From positions 1 through 9,391 of the forward strand of contig JAIPGM010000015.1 of NCBI GenBank assembly GCA_021735655.1: a stretch of 9,391 nt of DNA, read 5' to 3'. Shown here piece after piece: positions 1-7,552 of this stretch. The number at the start of each line of letters is the position of its first letter. The stretch's first letter is position 1. The notes below the pieces were generated by a model. That model worked only from the letters and a program-made list of their open reading frames with translations. It was not told where the DNA came from and ran no database searches. Origin of the DNA: Candidatus Omnitrophota bacterium (lineage in GTDB: Bacteria > Omnitrophota > Gorgyraeia > Duberdicusellales > 4484-171). The position numbers and the translations under genes are program-made.

Positions 1-138
1 CTCCTTTACGGGGTCAATTAAGCCCCAGAAAAACAATACAACCTATAACCTATCTACTCTGTGACTATCTATTTATTCTACTGATAATCCAGAGTTTTCA
101 CCAACTATCATTGAACAATTATCGTATCATCTCCTTTT

Positions 139-1416
139 TTAAGCCAAAGATTCTCTTAATGCCTTATCGCCGATATCCTTTCGATAAAACATCTTGTCGA
201 ATTGAATATCATCTATTGCTTGGTAAGCCTTGATTTGAGCATCTTTTATCGTATCGCCCAAACCAACAACTCCTAAAACTCTTCCGCCGCTAGTTAGTAA
301 TTTCTGATTAAATTTCGTACCGGCGTGGAAAACAAAAACATCCTCTCTATTCTCTAGCTTCTCTAAACCGGTTATCTCTTTAAATTTCTCATAATTTCCC
401 GGATAGCCGCCGGAAGCTAAAACAACACAAAGACAAAAACGTTCATCCCACTCTAAATTTACCCCATTAAGTCTACCTTCAGCAGTTTTTAACATAATCT
501 CGAAAAGATCGCTCTTTAACTTAGGCAAAATTGCCTGAGTTTCCGGATCGCCGAATCTTACGTTGAATTCTAAAACTGAAATCTCCTCATCTTTAATCAT
601 TAAGCCAGCATAAAGAATACCCCTATAGGGTTTGCCTTCGGCTCTTAACCCATCAATTAAAGGTTTAAATACCTGATCAATAATCTTTTTTAAAAGTTGA
701 TCATTAACTAAAGGTGCCGGTGAATAAGCTCCCATACCTCCGGTGTTAGGACCTTTATCGCCGTCAAAAGCAGCCTTATGGTCCTGTGAAGACACTAAAG
801 GCAAGATGGTTTCACCATCACTAAATATTAAGATTGAAGCCTCTTGGCCCTTTAGGCAATCTTCAATAATTACTCTGTAGCCGGCTGAGCCAAACTTTCT
901 ATCAACCATAATCATATCAATTGCATCCTTGGCCTCATCTTGAGTTCTAGCTACAATAACTCCTTTTCCGGCAGCTAGGCCATCAGCCTTTATCACTATC
1001 GGTGCTCCTTTCCGATCTATATACTCTTTTGCTTTATCTGGACTATCAAAAACTTCAAAATCAGCAGTGGGAACTGAAAATTTACGCATCATTTCCTTAG
1101 AAAACACTTTGCTTCCTTCTAGACGAGCTAAGTCTTTTCTCGGACCAAATATCTTTAAACCCTGGCTTTCGAACTGATCAACTATACCCTTAACTAATGG
1201 CGCTTCCGGACCGACTACAGTTAAATCTATCTTTTCAGTCTTAGCAAACTTCAGGAGACTCTCAATATCAGTAGCTGAAATATCTAAATTCTCAGCAAGT
1301 AAAACAGTGCCACCATTGCCTGGCGCACAATAAAGTTTATCAACTAAAGCTGACTGGCTTAGCTTCCAAGCTAGGCAATGCTCGCGGCCGCCTGAACCAA
1401 TAACTAGCACCTTCAT
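139..1416 (-). CDS. purD: phosphoribosylamine--glycine ligase (GAR synthetase)
   Basis: 425-aa ORF. The N-terminus MKVLVIGSGGREHCLAWKL is the classic PurD glycine-rich loop plus the GGREH motif. The ATP-grasp body is present with the C-terminal PurD motifs GTKFNQ..LLTSGGRVLGV. The ATG start (1414-1416) overlaps the purM stop by 4 nt (ATGA), indicating translational coupling. Confidence 0.9.
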   Translation of the reverse strand: MKVLVIGSGGREHCLAWKLSQSALVDKLYCAPGNGGTVLLAENLDISATDIESLLKFAKTEKIDLTVVGPEAPLVKGIVDQFESQGLKIFGPRKDLARLEGSKVFSKEMMRKFSVPTADFEVFDSPDKAKEYIDRKGAPIVIKADGLAAGKGVIVARTQDEAKDAIDMIMVDRKFGSAGYRVIIEDCLKGQEASILIFSDGETILPLVSSQDHKAAFDGDKGPNTGGMGAYSPAPLVNDQLLKKIIDQVFKPLIDGLRAEGKPYRGILYAGLMIKDEEISVLEFNVRFGDPETQAILPKLKSDLFEIMLKTAEGRLNGVNLEWDERFCLCVVLASGGYPGNYEKFKEITGLEKLENREDVFVFHAGTKFNQKLLTSGGRVLGVVGLGDTIKDAQIKAYQAIDDIQFDKMFYRKDIGDKALRESLA

Positions 1417-2405
1417 CGTAACACCATTTTCTTAGAAGATTTAACTACCTGGCCAATGATCTCGGCTTTAACATATTTATTAAGCTGCCGCTTAAATTCT
1501 CGAGCATACTTTTTATCTACAGCTAAAATCATACCAATACCCATATTGAATACCGAGTACATCTCTTTTTCAGAAATTCCACCAGCCTTCTGAACTATTT
1601 TAAAGATCTCAGGAACTCTAAAACTATTTTTCTCGATCACCATACCTAAGCCTTTAGGTAAAATCTTAGTCGCCTTATTGTAAAAAGCTCCTCCGGTTAC
1701 ATGAGCAATACCTTTAATCGCTTTAAGCTGCGATTTATGGTTCTCAAGTAAAGAAAGGATCGGTTTTACATAGATACGTGTCGGAACCAATAACTTTTTA
1801 GCGTATTTTTTTATGCCTTTTGGACCTAAAGCTTTACGAACCAAGGAAAACCCGTTTGAATGAAAACCTGAAGACTCTAAACCAATCAAAAGATCACCGG
1901 CTTTAATATTTTTACAGTTAATCATCTTAGCCTTATCGACTATTCCTACGCAGAACCCGGCTAAATCATATTCCTGGCTTTTATACATCCCCGGCATCTC
2001 AGCAGTTTCACCGCCGAGTAAAAGACAATCCGACTCGCTTAAGCCTTGCTTGATGCCCAGCATAACCGCATCCAAAGTTGTGAGTTTTACCTTTCCGCAA
2101 GCAATATAATCCAAAAAGAAAAGCGGCCGAGCCCCGACACAAATTAAATCATTAACATTCATGGCAACCAAATCTACTCCGACCGTATTGTGAATTCCTA
2201 GCTTTTGAGCAATTATTAGCTTTGTGCCCACACCATCGGCTGAAGAAACTAAGTAAGGATTTTTGCATTTAGTCAAAGCTGAGGCTAAGGGAAAAACAGA
2301 GCCAAAGGCTTCGACCTTGCTTAAATTAGATAATTTAATCTTTTTAGCAAAAGCCTCGCCAATCTTTACATCTACGCCAGCTTGTTTATAGGTAACTTTT
2401 TTCAT
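1413..2405 (-). CDS. purM: phosphoribosylformylglycinamidine cyclo-ligase (AIR synthetase)
   Basis: 330-aa ORF. It carries the PurM family motifs YKQAGVDV, SADGVGTKL, VDLVAMNVNDLICVGARPLFFLDYIACGK, LLGGETAEMPGMY and HSNGFSLVRK. The ATG start (2403-2405) overlaps the purQ TAA stop by 1 nt (TAATG). Confidence 0.9.
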   Translation of the reverse strand: MKKVTYKQAGVDVKIGEAFAKKIKLSNLSKVEAFGSVFPLASALTKCKNPYLVSSADGVGTKLIIAQKLGIHNTVGVDLVAMNVNDLICVGARPLFFLDYIACGKVKLTTLDAVMLGIKQGLSESDCLLLGGETAEMPGMYKSQEYDLAGFCVGIVDKAKMINCKNIKAGDLLIGLESSGFHSNGFSLVRKALGPKGIKKYAKKLLVPTRIYVKPILSLLENHKSQLKAIKGIAHVTGGAFYNKATKILPKGLGMVIEKNSFRVPEIFKIVQKAGGISEKEMYSVFNMGIGMILAVDKKYAREFKRQLNKYVKAEIIGQVVKSSKKMVLR

Positions 2406-3157
2406 TATTTAAAGTAGTTAACTGCGTTTTTAAAAAATCCTAATCCTTGGGGGCTAATCTTTTTATCTTTCCAAAGCGGCCAATGATGCTCAAAAATAAA
2501 ACGTTCTGGATGCGGCATTAACCCCAGGACTCTTCCGCTAGAATCGCAAATTCCAGCTATTGCTTTAAGCGATCCATTAGGATTAAAAGGGTAGCTGGCC
2601 TCATCACCTTGGCTATCGACATAACGAAGAGCGATCTGATTGTTTAGTTCTATTTTATCTAAAATACTTGATTCTGCATAGAATTTTCCTTCTCCGTGAG
2701 CTATTGGCAGACGAATCACTTCATCTAAGCCCTTAAGCCAAACGCTTTCTGAGCTGACCCTTAGATAGACCCAACGATCTTCAAAACGATCAGAATCATT
2801 ATTAGTCAAAGTAACCTTTTGTTTAAAATCAATGTCCGGCAAAATACCGGTTTTTACCAGAACCTGAAATCCATTACAAATGCCTAAAATTAAGCCACCT
2901 TTATCAATGAAACCCTGCAAACTTTCCCTCAACCAGCAAAGAAATTCCAAAGAAAGAATTTTTCCAGCACCTAAATCATCACCGTAGCTAAACCCTCCAG
3001 GAATACAAAGTATCTGATAACTGGAAAGGTCTGGCTTCTCTTTAATATAATTTATATGAGCCAATTTAGTGTCCGCTCCGGCTAAATTAAAAGCAAATTC
3101 AGTCTCCTTGTCGCAGTTAATTCCGGCTGTGCGAATAATTAGAGTTTTTGGTTTCAT
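2405..3157 (-). CDS. purQ: phosphoribosylformylglycinamidine synthase, glutaminase subunit (PurQ, class I glutamine amidotransferase)
   Basis: 250-aa ORF. It aligns along its length with the known PurQ organisation: CIPGGFSYGDDLG, the nucleophile cysteine in LGICNGFQVL, PIAHGEGKFY, NNQIALRYVD, NPNGSLKAIAGI and the catalytic histidine in LMPHPER. It lies 11 nt downstream of the purL stop with no strong SD, so it is probably coupled. Confidence 0.87.
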   Translation of the reverse strand: MKPKTLIIRTAGINCDKETEFAFNLAGADTKLAHINYIKEKPDLSSYQILCIPGGFSYGDDLGAGKILSLEFLCWLRESLQGFIDKGGLILGICNGFQVLVKTGILPDIDFKQKVTLTNNDSDRFEDRWVYLRVSSESVWLKGLDEVIRLPIAHGEGKFYAESSILDKIELNNQIALRYVDSQGDEASYPFNPNGSLKAIAGICDSSGRVLGLMPHPERFIFEHHWPLWKDKKISPQGLGFFKNAVNYFK

Positions 3158-3168
3158 CTTTATTAAAT

Positions 3169-6057
3169 TTATCTAAATTCAGAGAATGTTCTCATCCAAC
3201 AATCTCTCAAAGTTTCTACCGGCTGATTAATAACTTCTTTACAGTCCTTGCTATAAACAATCAGCTTCTTCTTATCAGAAACACAACCGATTAAGCCAAA
3301 TGGGGAGTCGACCAAGGCTCGTTCAAATTCATTTTGATTTACCTTATTTACCTCAACAACAAACCGCGAAGCTGACTCAGAGAATAACAGCTCATAATCA
3401 AGCATGCTAGAGAGCTTAGGTACCTCTTCTAAGAACACATTTGCTCCCAAATCTGCCCCGATACACATCTCAGAAATTGCAACTGCCAAACCACCCTCAG
3501 AACAGTCATGGCAAGATTCAACTAACCCTTTTTCCATCGCTTGGCTAAGACGTTCAAATATACTTTTTGCACAAGCCTTGTCAACCTTAGGTACTAGGCC
3601 TTCGGTAATATTGTATTTTCGAAAATACTCTGAAGCTCCCATTTCCGGCTTGGTAAAACCGACTACATAAATAAGATTATCCTTGGCCTTAAAGTTATTA
3701 CTAATAACCTTCTGCCAATCAGAGATAATTGACATTGCTGAAATTAGCAAGGTTCCGGGGATCGAAATATGTTTTCCGGAAACATCATACTCATTATAAA
3801 GACTGTCTTTTCCGGAAATAAACGGTACGCCAAAGTAGGTTGAAAAATCATAACAAGCAACTGAGGCTCTGACTAAAGCTCCCAGCACCGATTCATCCTG
3901 CGGCGACCCCCAGCAGAAATTATCAAGAATGAAGGTTTTATCTAACTTTGCGCCACTAGAAACAACATTGCGTAAAGCTTCATCAATAGCTAAGGCCGCC
4001 ATCCAGTAAGGGTCAAGATCAGAATAAAAAGGATTAATCCCAAAACCAACGGCAACGCAAGACTTACTTTCTAAATCCGGCCGGCTAATTGCTGCATCAC
4101 TTACTGCAACCCGCGCAATACCGCTAACTGCTTTGTTAACTGATCCAGCCTGCACCTCATGATCATACTGTCTGACAATCCAATCCTTAGAAGCAATATT
4201 AGGAGTAGCTAACAAATCTCCGAGGTCATCGTTGTATGCATCTTTAGCTTCAATCTTTAAGTCGACTTGCTTTTTGTCTACCCAAGAAGCTTTCTTTTCT
4301 AGCTTAGGTAAATCAAAAATAAGCTCTAAATCGATGTCGCAAACTTTATTACTTTCATAAAAAAGCTCTAACTTCTGGGTTTCGGTAACTTCACCGACTA
4401 CGGTTAGCTCAACATCCTCTTCCTTAAAAATATCCTCTAACTCGGCTAGCTTATCACGACTTGTAAAAAATACCATCCGCTCTTGAGATTCAGATATCCA
4501 AATCTCAGTATAAGTTAAGCCGCGATACTTTAAAGGAACTTTATCAAGGTCAACTTTGACACCATGTTCCTGAGCTAATTCAGTTATTGCACTGGAAATA
4601 CCACCGGCTCCGCAATCAGTAATCGCAGAAAATAAATCCTTATCACGAGCCCTAAGAATAGCCTCGGTTAACTTTTTTTCTTCAATCGGATTGCCGACCT
4701 GAACAGCCGTAGTAAGACCTACTGTGTGTTCATCGAGCTCTTTAGATGAAAAAGTCGCCCCGTGGATTCCATCCCTTCCGGTTTTAGCCCCACAAAGAAT
4801 AACTAAATCGCCGGGCTTTGACTTTTTAAATGACTTCTCTTTAGGCAAAATGCCCAAAGTCCCGCAATAGACTAAAGGATTACCTAAAAATCTCTTATCG
4901 AACAAGACTGCTCCGCCAATCGTAGGGATTCCCATGCGATTTCCGTAGTCGCGCACACCCTTAATAACTCCTTTTATTATCCGTTTAGGATGAAGCAGAC
5001 CCTGTGGTACCTGATCATGCTTTAGGTCCCAGGGTGAAAAACAAAATATATCAACTGATGAAAAAGGCTTAGCCGCACAACCAGTTCCCAAGATATCTCT
5101 GATAACTCCGCCAATGCCAGTCGATGCACCACCGTAAGGCTCTAAACTTGAAGGGTGATTATGAGTTTCAACTTTAAAACAAATATTATTCTTCTTATCA
5201 AACTTAACTACTCCGGCATTATCTTCAAATACTGACACGCAATCCGGATGAGCGATCTCCTTAGTTGCCTTAAATACCGTTGACTTAAGTAAATTATTAA
5301 TTGTTTCTTGTTTTATTAGCTTTCCTTCTGAATCCTTTTGGCTGTATTCAATCAGGCCACGGAAAGTCTTGTGAGCGCAATGTTCCGACCAAAGCGTAGC
5401 AATAGTTTCAAGCTCACAATCGGTAGGATTACGTTTTAACTTTTGAAAGTAAGCCTGAATTATTTTCATCTCATCAAGACTCAAAGAAAGACAACCTTGC
5501 TTTGAAATCTCTTTTAATTTTTCATCACTAGCCTCCAATACCTCTACTGTCACAAGATTAAAGCTGTAGTCCTTACCTGAAAACTCATCAAGAGTAGCCA
5601 ATCTAGAACCCTGCTCATATTCTAAAATATGTTCAATAAGCGGATTATAAAGTAATTTTGAAGCAAGATACAATATTTGTTCTTTGGCTAAACCAACAAA
5701 TTCATAAAACCGGGCGCAACGAGCACTTTTTAGATTTAAAGACATATCGCTGACTGCCTTCTCAAGCGACAAAGCTACCGTATCGCAAACTCCGGGATTA
5801 TAAGTTATCAATATTTGATTATCTTCAGGTCGGTCTTCAAAAATACCACGAGTTATACTGTAGGCTTCAATAATCGGATCAATTAAAAGCTGGGTCGCAA
5901 TCATCTCAAGCTGACCTTGGCCTAGATCAGCCTCGAGAAGATAGACTTTACGAGTAAAAACTTGTGGGTTTAAAGCGATACCTAAATCGCTTATTTCGGA
6001 AGCGATCTTTGAAGAAGAAGCTTTTTCTTTTGAAAATACGTCTATTCTCCAAATCAT
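3169..6057 (-). CDS. purL: phosphoribosylformylglycinamidine synthase, synthetase subunit PurL with two N-terminal PurS-like repeats (PurS-PurS-PurL fusion)
   Basis: 962-aa ORF, about 200 aa longer than a stand-alone small PurL. The PurL core begins around residue 200 (DEMKIIQAYFQKLKRNPTDCELETIATLWSEHCAHK, matching the small-PurL N-terminus ...SEHCSYK). Further PurL/PurM-superfamily motifs follow: FKVETHNHPSSLEPYGGASTGIGGVIRD, YGNRMGIPTIGG and, in the second half, GFGINPFYSDLDPYWMAALAIDEALRNVVSSGA. Residues about 1-75 (RIDVFSK...SEISDLGI..VFTRKVYLLEADLG..LEMIATQLLIDPIIEAYSI) and about 80-160 (ILITYNPGVCDTVALSLEKAV..FYEFVGL..ILYLASKLLYNPLIEHILEY) each match the PurS pattern (beta strand, DPQG/xAVxxALxxLG, GKxxEL, LLANPVIEDY). 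Confidence 0.88.
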   Translation of the reverse strand: MIWRIDVFSKEKASSSKIASEISDLGIALNPQVFTRKVYLLEADLGQGQLEMIATQLLIDPIIEAYSITRGIFEDRPEDNQILITYNPGVCDTVALSLEKAVSDMSLNLKSARCARFYEFVGLAKEQILYLASKLLYNPLIEHILEYEQGSRLATLDEFSGKDYSFNLVTVEVLEASDEKLKEISKQGCLSLSLDEMKIIQAYFQKLKRNPTDCELETIATLWSEHCAHKTFRGLIEYSQKDSEGKLIKQETINNLLKSTVFKATKEIAHPDCVSVFEDNAGVVKFDKKNNICFKVETHNHPSSLEPYGGASTGIGGVIRDILGTGCAAKPFSSVDIFCFSPWDLKHDQVPQGLLHPKRIIKGVIKGVRDYGNRMGIPTIGGAVLFDKRFLGNPLVYCGTLGILPKEKSFKKSKPGDLVILCGAKTGRDGIHGATFSSKELDEHTVGLTTAVQVGNPIEEKKLTEAILRARDKDLFSAITDCGAGGISSAITELAQEHGVKVDLDKVPLKYRGLTYTEIWISESQERMVFFTSRDKLAELEDIFKEEDVELTVVGEVTETQKLELFYESNKVCDIDLELIFDLPKLEKKASWVDKKQVDLKIEAKDAYNDDLGDLLATPNIASKDWIVRQYDHEVQAGSVNKAVSGIARVAVSDAAISRPDLESKSCVAVGFGINPFYSDLDPYWMAALAIDEALRNVVSSGAKLDKTFILDNFCWGSPQDESVLGALVRASVACYDFSTYFGVPFISGKDSLYNEYDVSGKHISIPGTLLISAMSIISDWQKVISNNFKAKDNLIYVVGFTKPEMGASEYFRKYNITEGLVPKVDKACAKSIFERLSQAMEKGLVESCHDCSEGGLAVAISEMCIGADLGANVFLEEVPKLSSMLDYELLFSESASRFVVEVNKVNQNEFERALVDSPFGLIGCVSDKKKLIVYSKDCKEVINQPVETLRDCWMRTFSEFR

Positions 6058-6071
6058 TTGTCGGTGAATTT

Positions 6072-6088
6072 TTGCCTTATTCAGGCAA
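6072..6088 (-). other. intercistronic stem-loop (6-bp stem TTGCCT/AGGCAA, 5-nt loop) between purB stop and purSL start
   Basis: A perfect inverted repeat ttgccttattcaggcaa lies in the 72-nt purB-purL gap. On the minus-strand RNA the hairpin is followed by AAAAAUU, not a U-tract, so it is not a canonical terminator. It may be an mRNA stability or processing element. Confidence 0.3.
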
Positions 6089-6090
6089 GA

Positions 6091-6098
6091 TCAATTGA
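6091..6098. promoter_or_regulatory. 8-bp palindrome TCAATTGA upstream of purSL (copy 1 of 2)
   Basis: The same perfect palindrome occurs at 7501-7508, overlapping the -35 of the purB promoter candidate. Scanning by eye, I did not find it in the coding sequence. Confidence 0.25.
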
Positions 6099-6129
6099 AC
6101 GATTAAATGCGGATAGTAAAACTCGTTAG

Positions 6130-7425
6130 CTACGCCATTCCTACTCTTTCATAAATCTTATCTACATTCGAAAGGTAAGCATAAGGATTAAAAATTTCCT
6201 CAAGCTCTTTCTTAGTTAGAAGTTTCTTGACCTTCGAATTCAAAAAACTCTCCTTCTTAAAAGATGATTTTTTATTAATTACCTTTAAAGCAATACCTTG
6301 AACGATATCATAAGCTCTGATCCGCGGGATACCTTTGTCCATCAATTTAAGTAACAGTTTCTGAGAATAAACAATGCCACGGTTAAGCTCGATATTTTTA
6401 AGCATATTTTCAGAGTTAACCTTTAGATCACCAACCACCTGCTTAAACTTCTTAAGCATATAGTCTAGGGCTATCGTTGAATCGGGTAAAACAATTCTTT
6501 CGGATGATGAATGCGATATGTCCCGTTCATGCCAAAGATTAATATTCTCAGAGCCAACCAACATATTGGCCCGCAAAATTCTAGCTAAACCGCAGATTCG
6601 TTCACAAACAATCGGATTTTGCTTGTGCGGCATCGCGCTTGATCCTTTCTGTCCCTTATAAAACGGCTCTTTTACTTCATCAACTTCATTCCTATGCAAA
6701 TGTCTGACCTCGGTAGCGAATCTCTCTAGAGTTGAGCCAATCAAGGAAAGTAAAGATAAGTAGTAAGCGATTCTTTCCCGAGAAACAATCTGGGTTGATA
6801 TTAAAGCCGGCTTTATTTTAAGCTTTTTACAAATATACTCTTCAACCCTTAAATTAAAATGAGCAAAGGTTCCAACTGCTCCGGAAATCTTTCCACAAGC
6901 AACATAATCAAGACTATCAGCTAAAAGCTTTCTTTCCTCTCTTAAATCATTATAAAGATATAAAAACTTAAGACCAAAACTATAAACCTCAGCATGTACT
7001 CCATGAGTTCGAGCCATGCAAAGAGTATCTTTGTATTTAAGGGCTTTCTTCTTAACTTCAGCTAAAACCAAATCCAAATCTTTCAAGATAACTAAAGTTG
7101 CATCCTTTATCTGTGTGGCTAAAGTCGTATCAAGTAAATCTGATGAAGTCAAACCCAAATGCAAATATTGAGCATCTTTGCCAATTTGTTTAGATATATG
7201 TTTCAGGAAAGCTATAATATCGTGGTGGGTCTTCTCCTCGATCTTTTTAATTGCCAGGGTAGAAATCTTTACCTTTGAAAAGCTCTTACTGACACCTTTG
7301 GGGATCTTTTTTTGCTTCTCTAAAGCTTCACAAAGTAAGGCTTCAATCTTTAAAAAACGCTTAAATTTTTCATCCTCACTCCAAATATTACCAATTTCAG
7401 TCGGAGTATAACGCTTGATCATCAA
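6130..7425 (-). CDS. purB: adenylosuccinate lyase
   Basis: 431-aa ORF (430 aa if the ATG at 7420-7422 is the start). It has the fumarate-lyase superfamily signature GSSAMPHKQNP and the PurB-type N-terminus RYTPTEIGNIWSEDEKFKRFLKIEALLCEAL. The track start at 7423-7425 is TTG. The in-frame ATG one codon downstream is better spaced from the GAGGTG Shine-Dalgarno, so the true start is probably 7422. Confidence 0.9.
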   Translation of the reverse strand: MMIKRYTPTEIGNIWSEDEKFKRFLKIEALLCEALEKQKKIPKGVSKSFSKVKISTLAIKKIEEKTHHDIIAFLKHISKQIGKDAQYLHLGLTSSDLLDTTLATQIKDATLVILKDLDLVLAEVKKKALKYKDTLCMARTHGVHAEVYSFGLKFLYLYNDLREERKLLADSLDYVACGKISGAVGTFAHFNLRVEEYICKKLKIKPALISTQIVSRERIAYYLSLLSLIGSTLERFATEVRHLHRNEVDEVKEPFYKGQKGSSAMPHKQNPIVCERICGLARILRANMLVGSENINLWHERDISHSSSERIVLPDSTIALDYMLKKFKQVVGDLKVNSENMLKNIELNRGIVYSQKLLLKLMDKGIPRIRAYDIVQGIALKVINKKSSFKKESFLNSKVKKLLTKKELEEIFNPYAYLSNVDKIYERVGMA

Positions 7426-7427
7426 TC

Positions 7428-7433
7428 ACCTCT
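7428..7433 (-). promoter_or_regulatory. Shine-Dalgarno GAGGTG for purB
   Basis: The minus strand reads CTAGAGGTGATTGATGATCAAG. The spacing is appropriate to the ATG at 7420-7422 rather than to the TTG at 7423-7425. Confidence 0.5.
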
Positions 7434-7475
7434 AGATTTACTTAGCCTTAAAAACAACCCTTAACAAGAGGTAAT

Positions 7476-7504
7476 ATCTTACCAAACAATTCTTTTTGAG
7501 TCAA
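7476..7504 (-). promoter_or_regulatory. candidate sigma70-type promoter for purB with extended -10 (TTGACT-N17-TAAGAT, TG at -15/-14)
   Basis: The minus strand reads AATTCAATTGACTCAAAAAGAATTGTTTGGTAAGATATTACC. The -35 TTGACT is plus 7499-7504. A 17-nt spacer ends in TGG, giving the extended -10 TG. The -10 TAAGAT is plus 7476-7481, about 50 nt upstream of the purB start. It sits in the 127-nt gap after the secretin stop. Confidence 0.4.
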
Positions 7505-7508
7505 TTGA
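7501..7508. promoter_or_regulatory. 8-bp palindrome TCAATTGA overlapping purB -35 (copy 2 of 2)
   Basis: The minus strand reads AATTCAATTGACTC. The palindrome extends to 10/12 of ATTCAATTGAAT. It shares the core TCAATTGA with the copy at 6091-6098. Confidence 0.25.
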
Positions 7509-7552
7509 ATTAGCAAAAAAATCCTTAGAAACAAAGAACTAAATAAGCCTTG

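Noticed and set aside
1-60. Possible purine riboswitch fragment (CCGUAAA after a GUUUUUCU stretch on the minus strand, resembling J2/3 and L3 of guanine/adenine aptamers)
   Set aside because: There is no P1 or P2/L2 (GAUAUGG-type loop) partner. The CCGUAAA would lie partly in a stem rather than in a loop. The element would also be truncated by the window edge. The resemblance is therefore superficial.
3404-3670. Plus-strand 88-aa ORF inside purSL
   Set aside because: It is entirely antisense to the highly conserved PurL core. Its sequence is low-complexity (Ser/Pro/Ala-rich), with no RBS and no recognisable fold. This is a typical shadow ORF.
6058-6129. Internal promoter for purSL in the purB-purL gap
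   Set aside because: No hexamer pair better than about 4/6 plus 2/6 at a 16-18 nt spacing could be found. Read-through from the purB promoter is more parsimonious.
7178-7411. Plus-strand 77-aa ORF inside purB
   Set aside because: It is antisense to the conserved N-terminal region of adenylosuccinate lyase and has a hydrophobic, compositionally odd sequence. No start context is visible, so it is a shadow ORF.
7509-7552. Possible intrinsic terminator after the secretin stop (a 7-T run on the minus strand at 7515-7521)
   Set aside because: The only stem that can precede the T-tract is a 4-bp AU stem (CUUA/UAAG) with a 16-nt loop. That is too weak to be a canonical rho-independent terminator. 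The T-run is more likely just AT-rich spacer.
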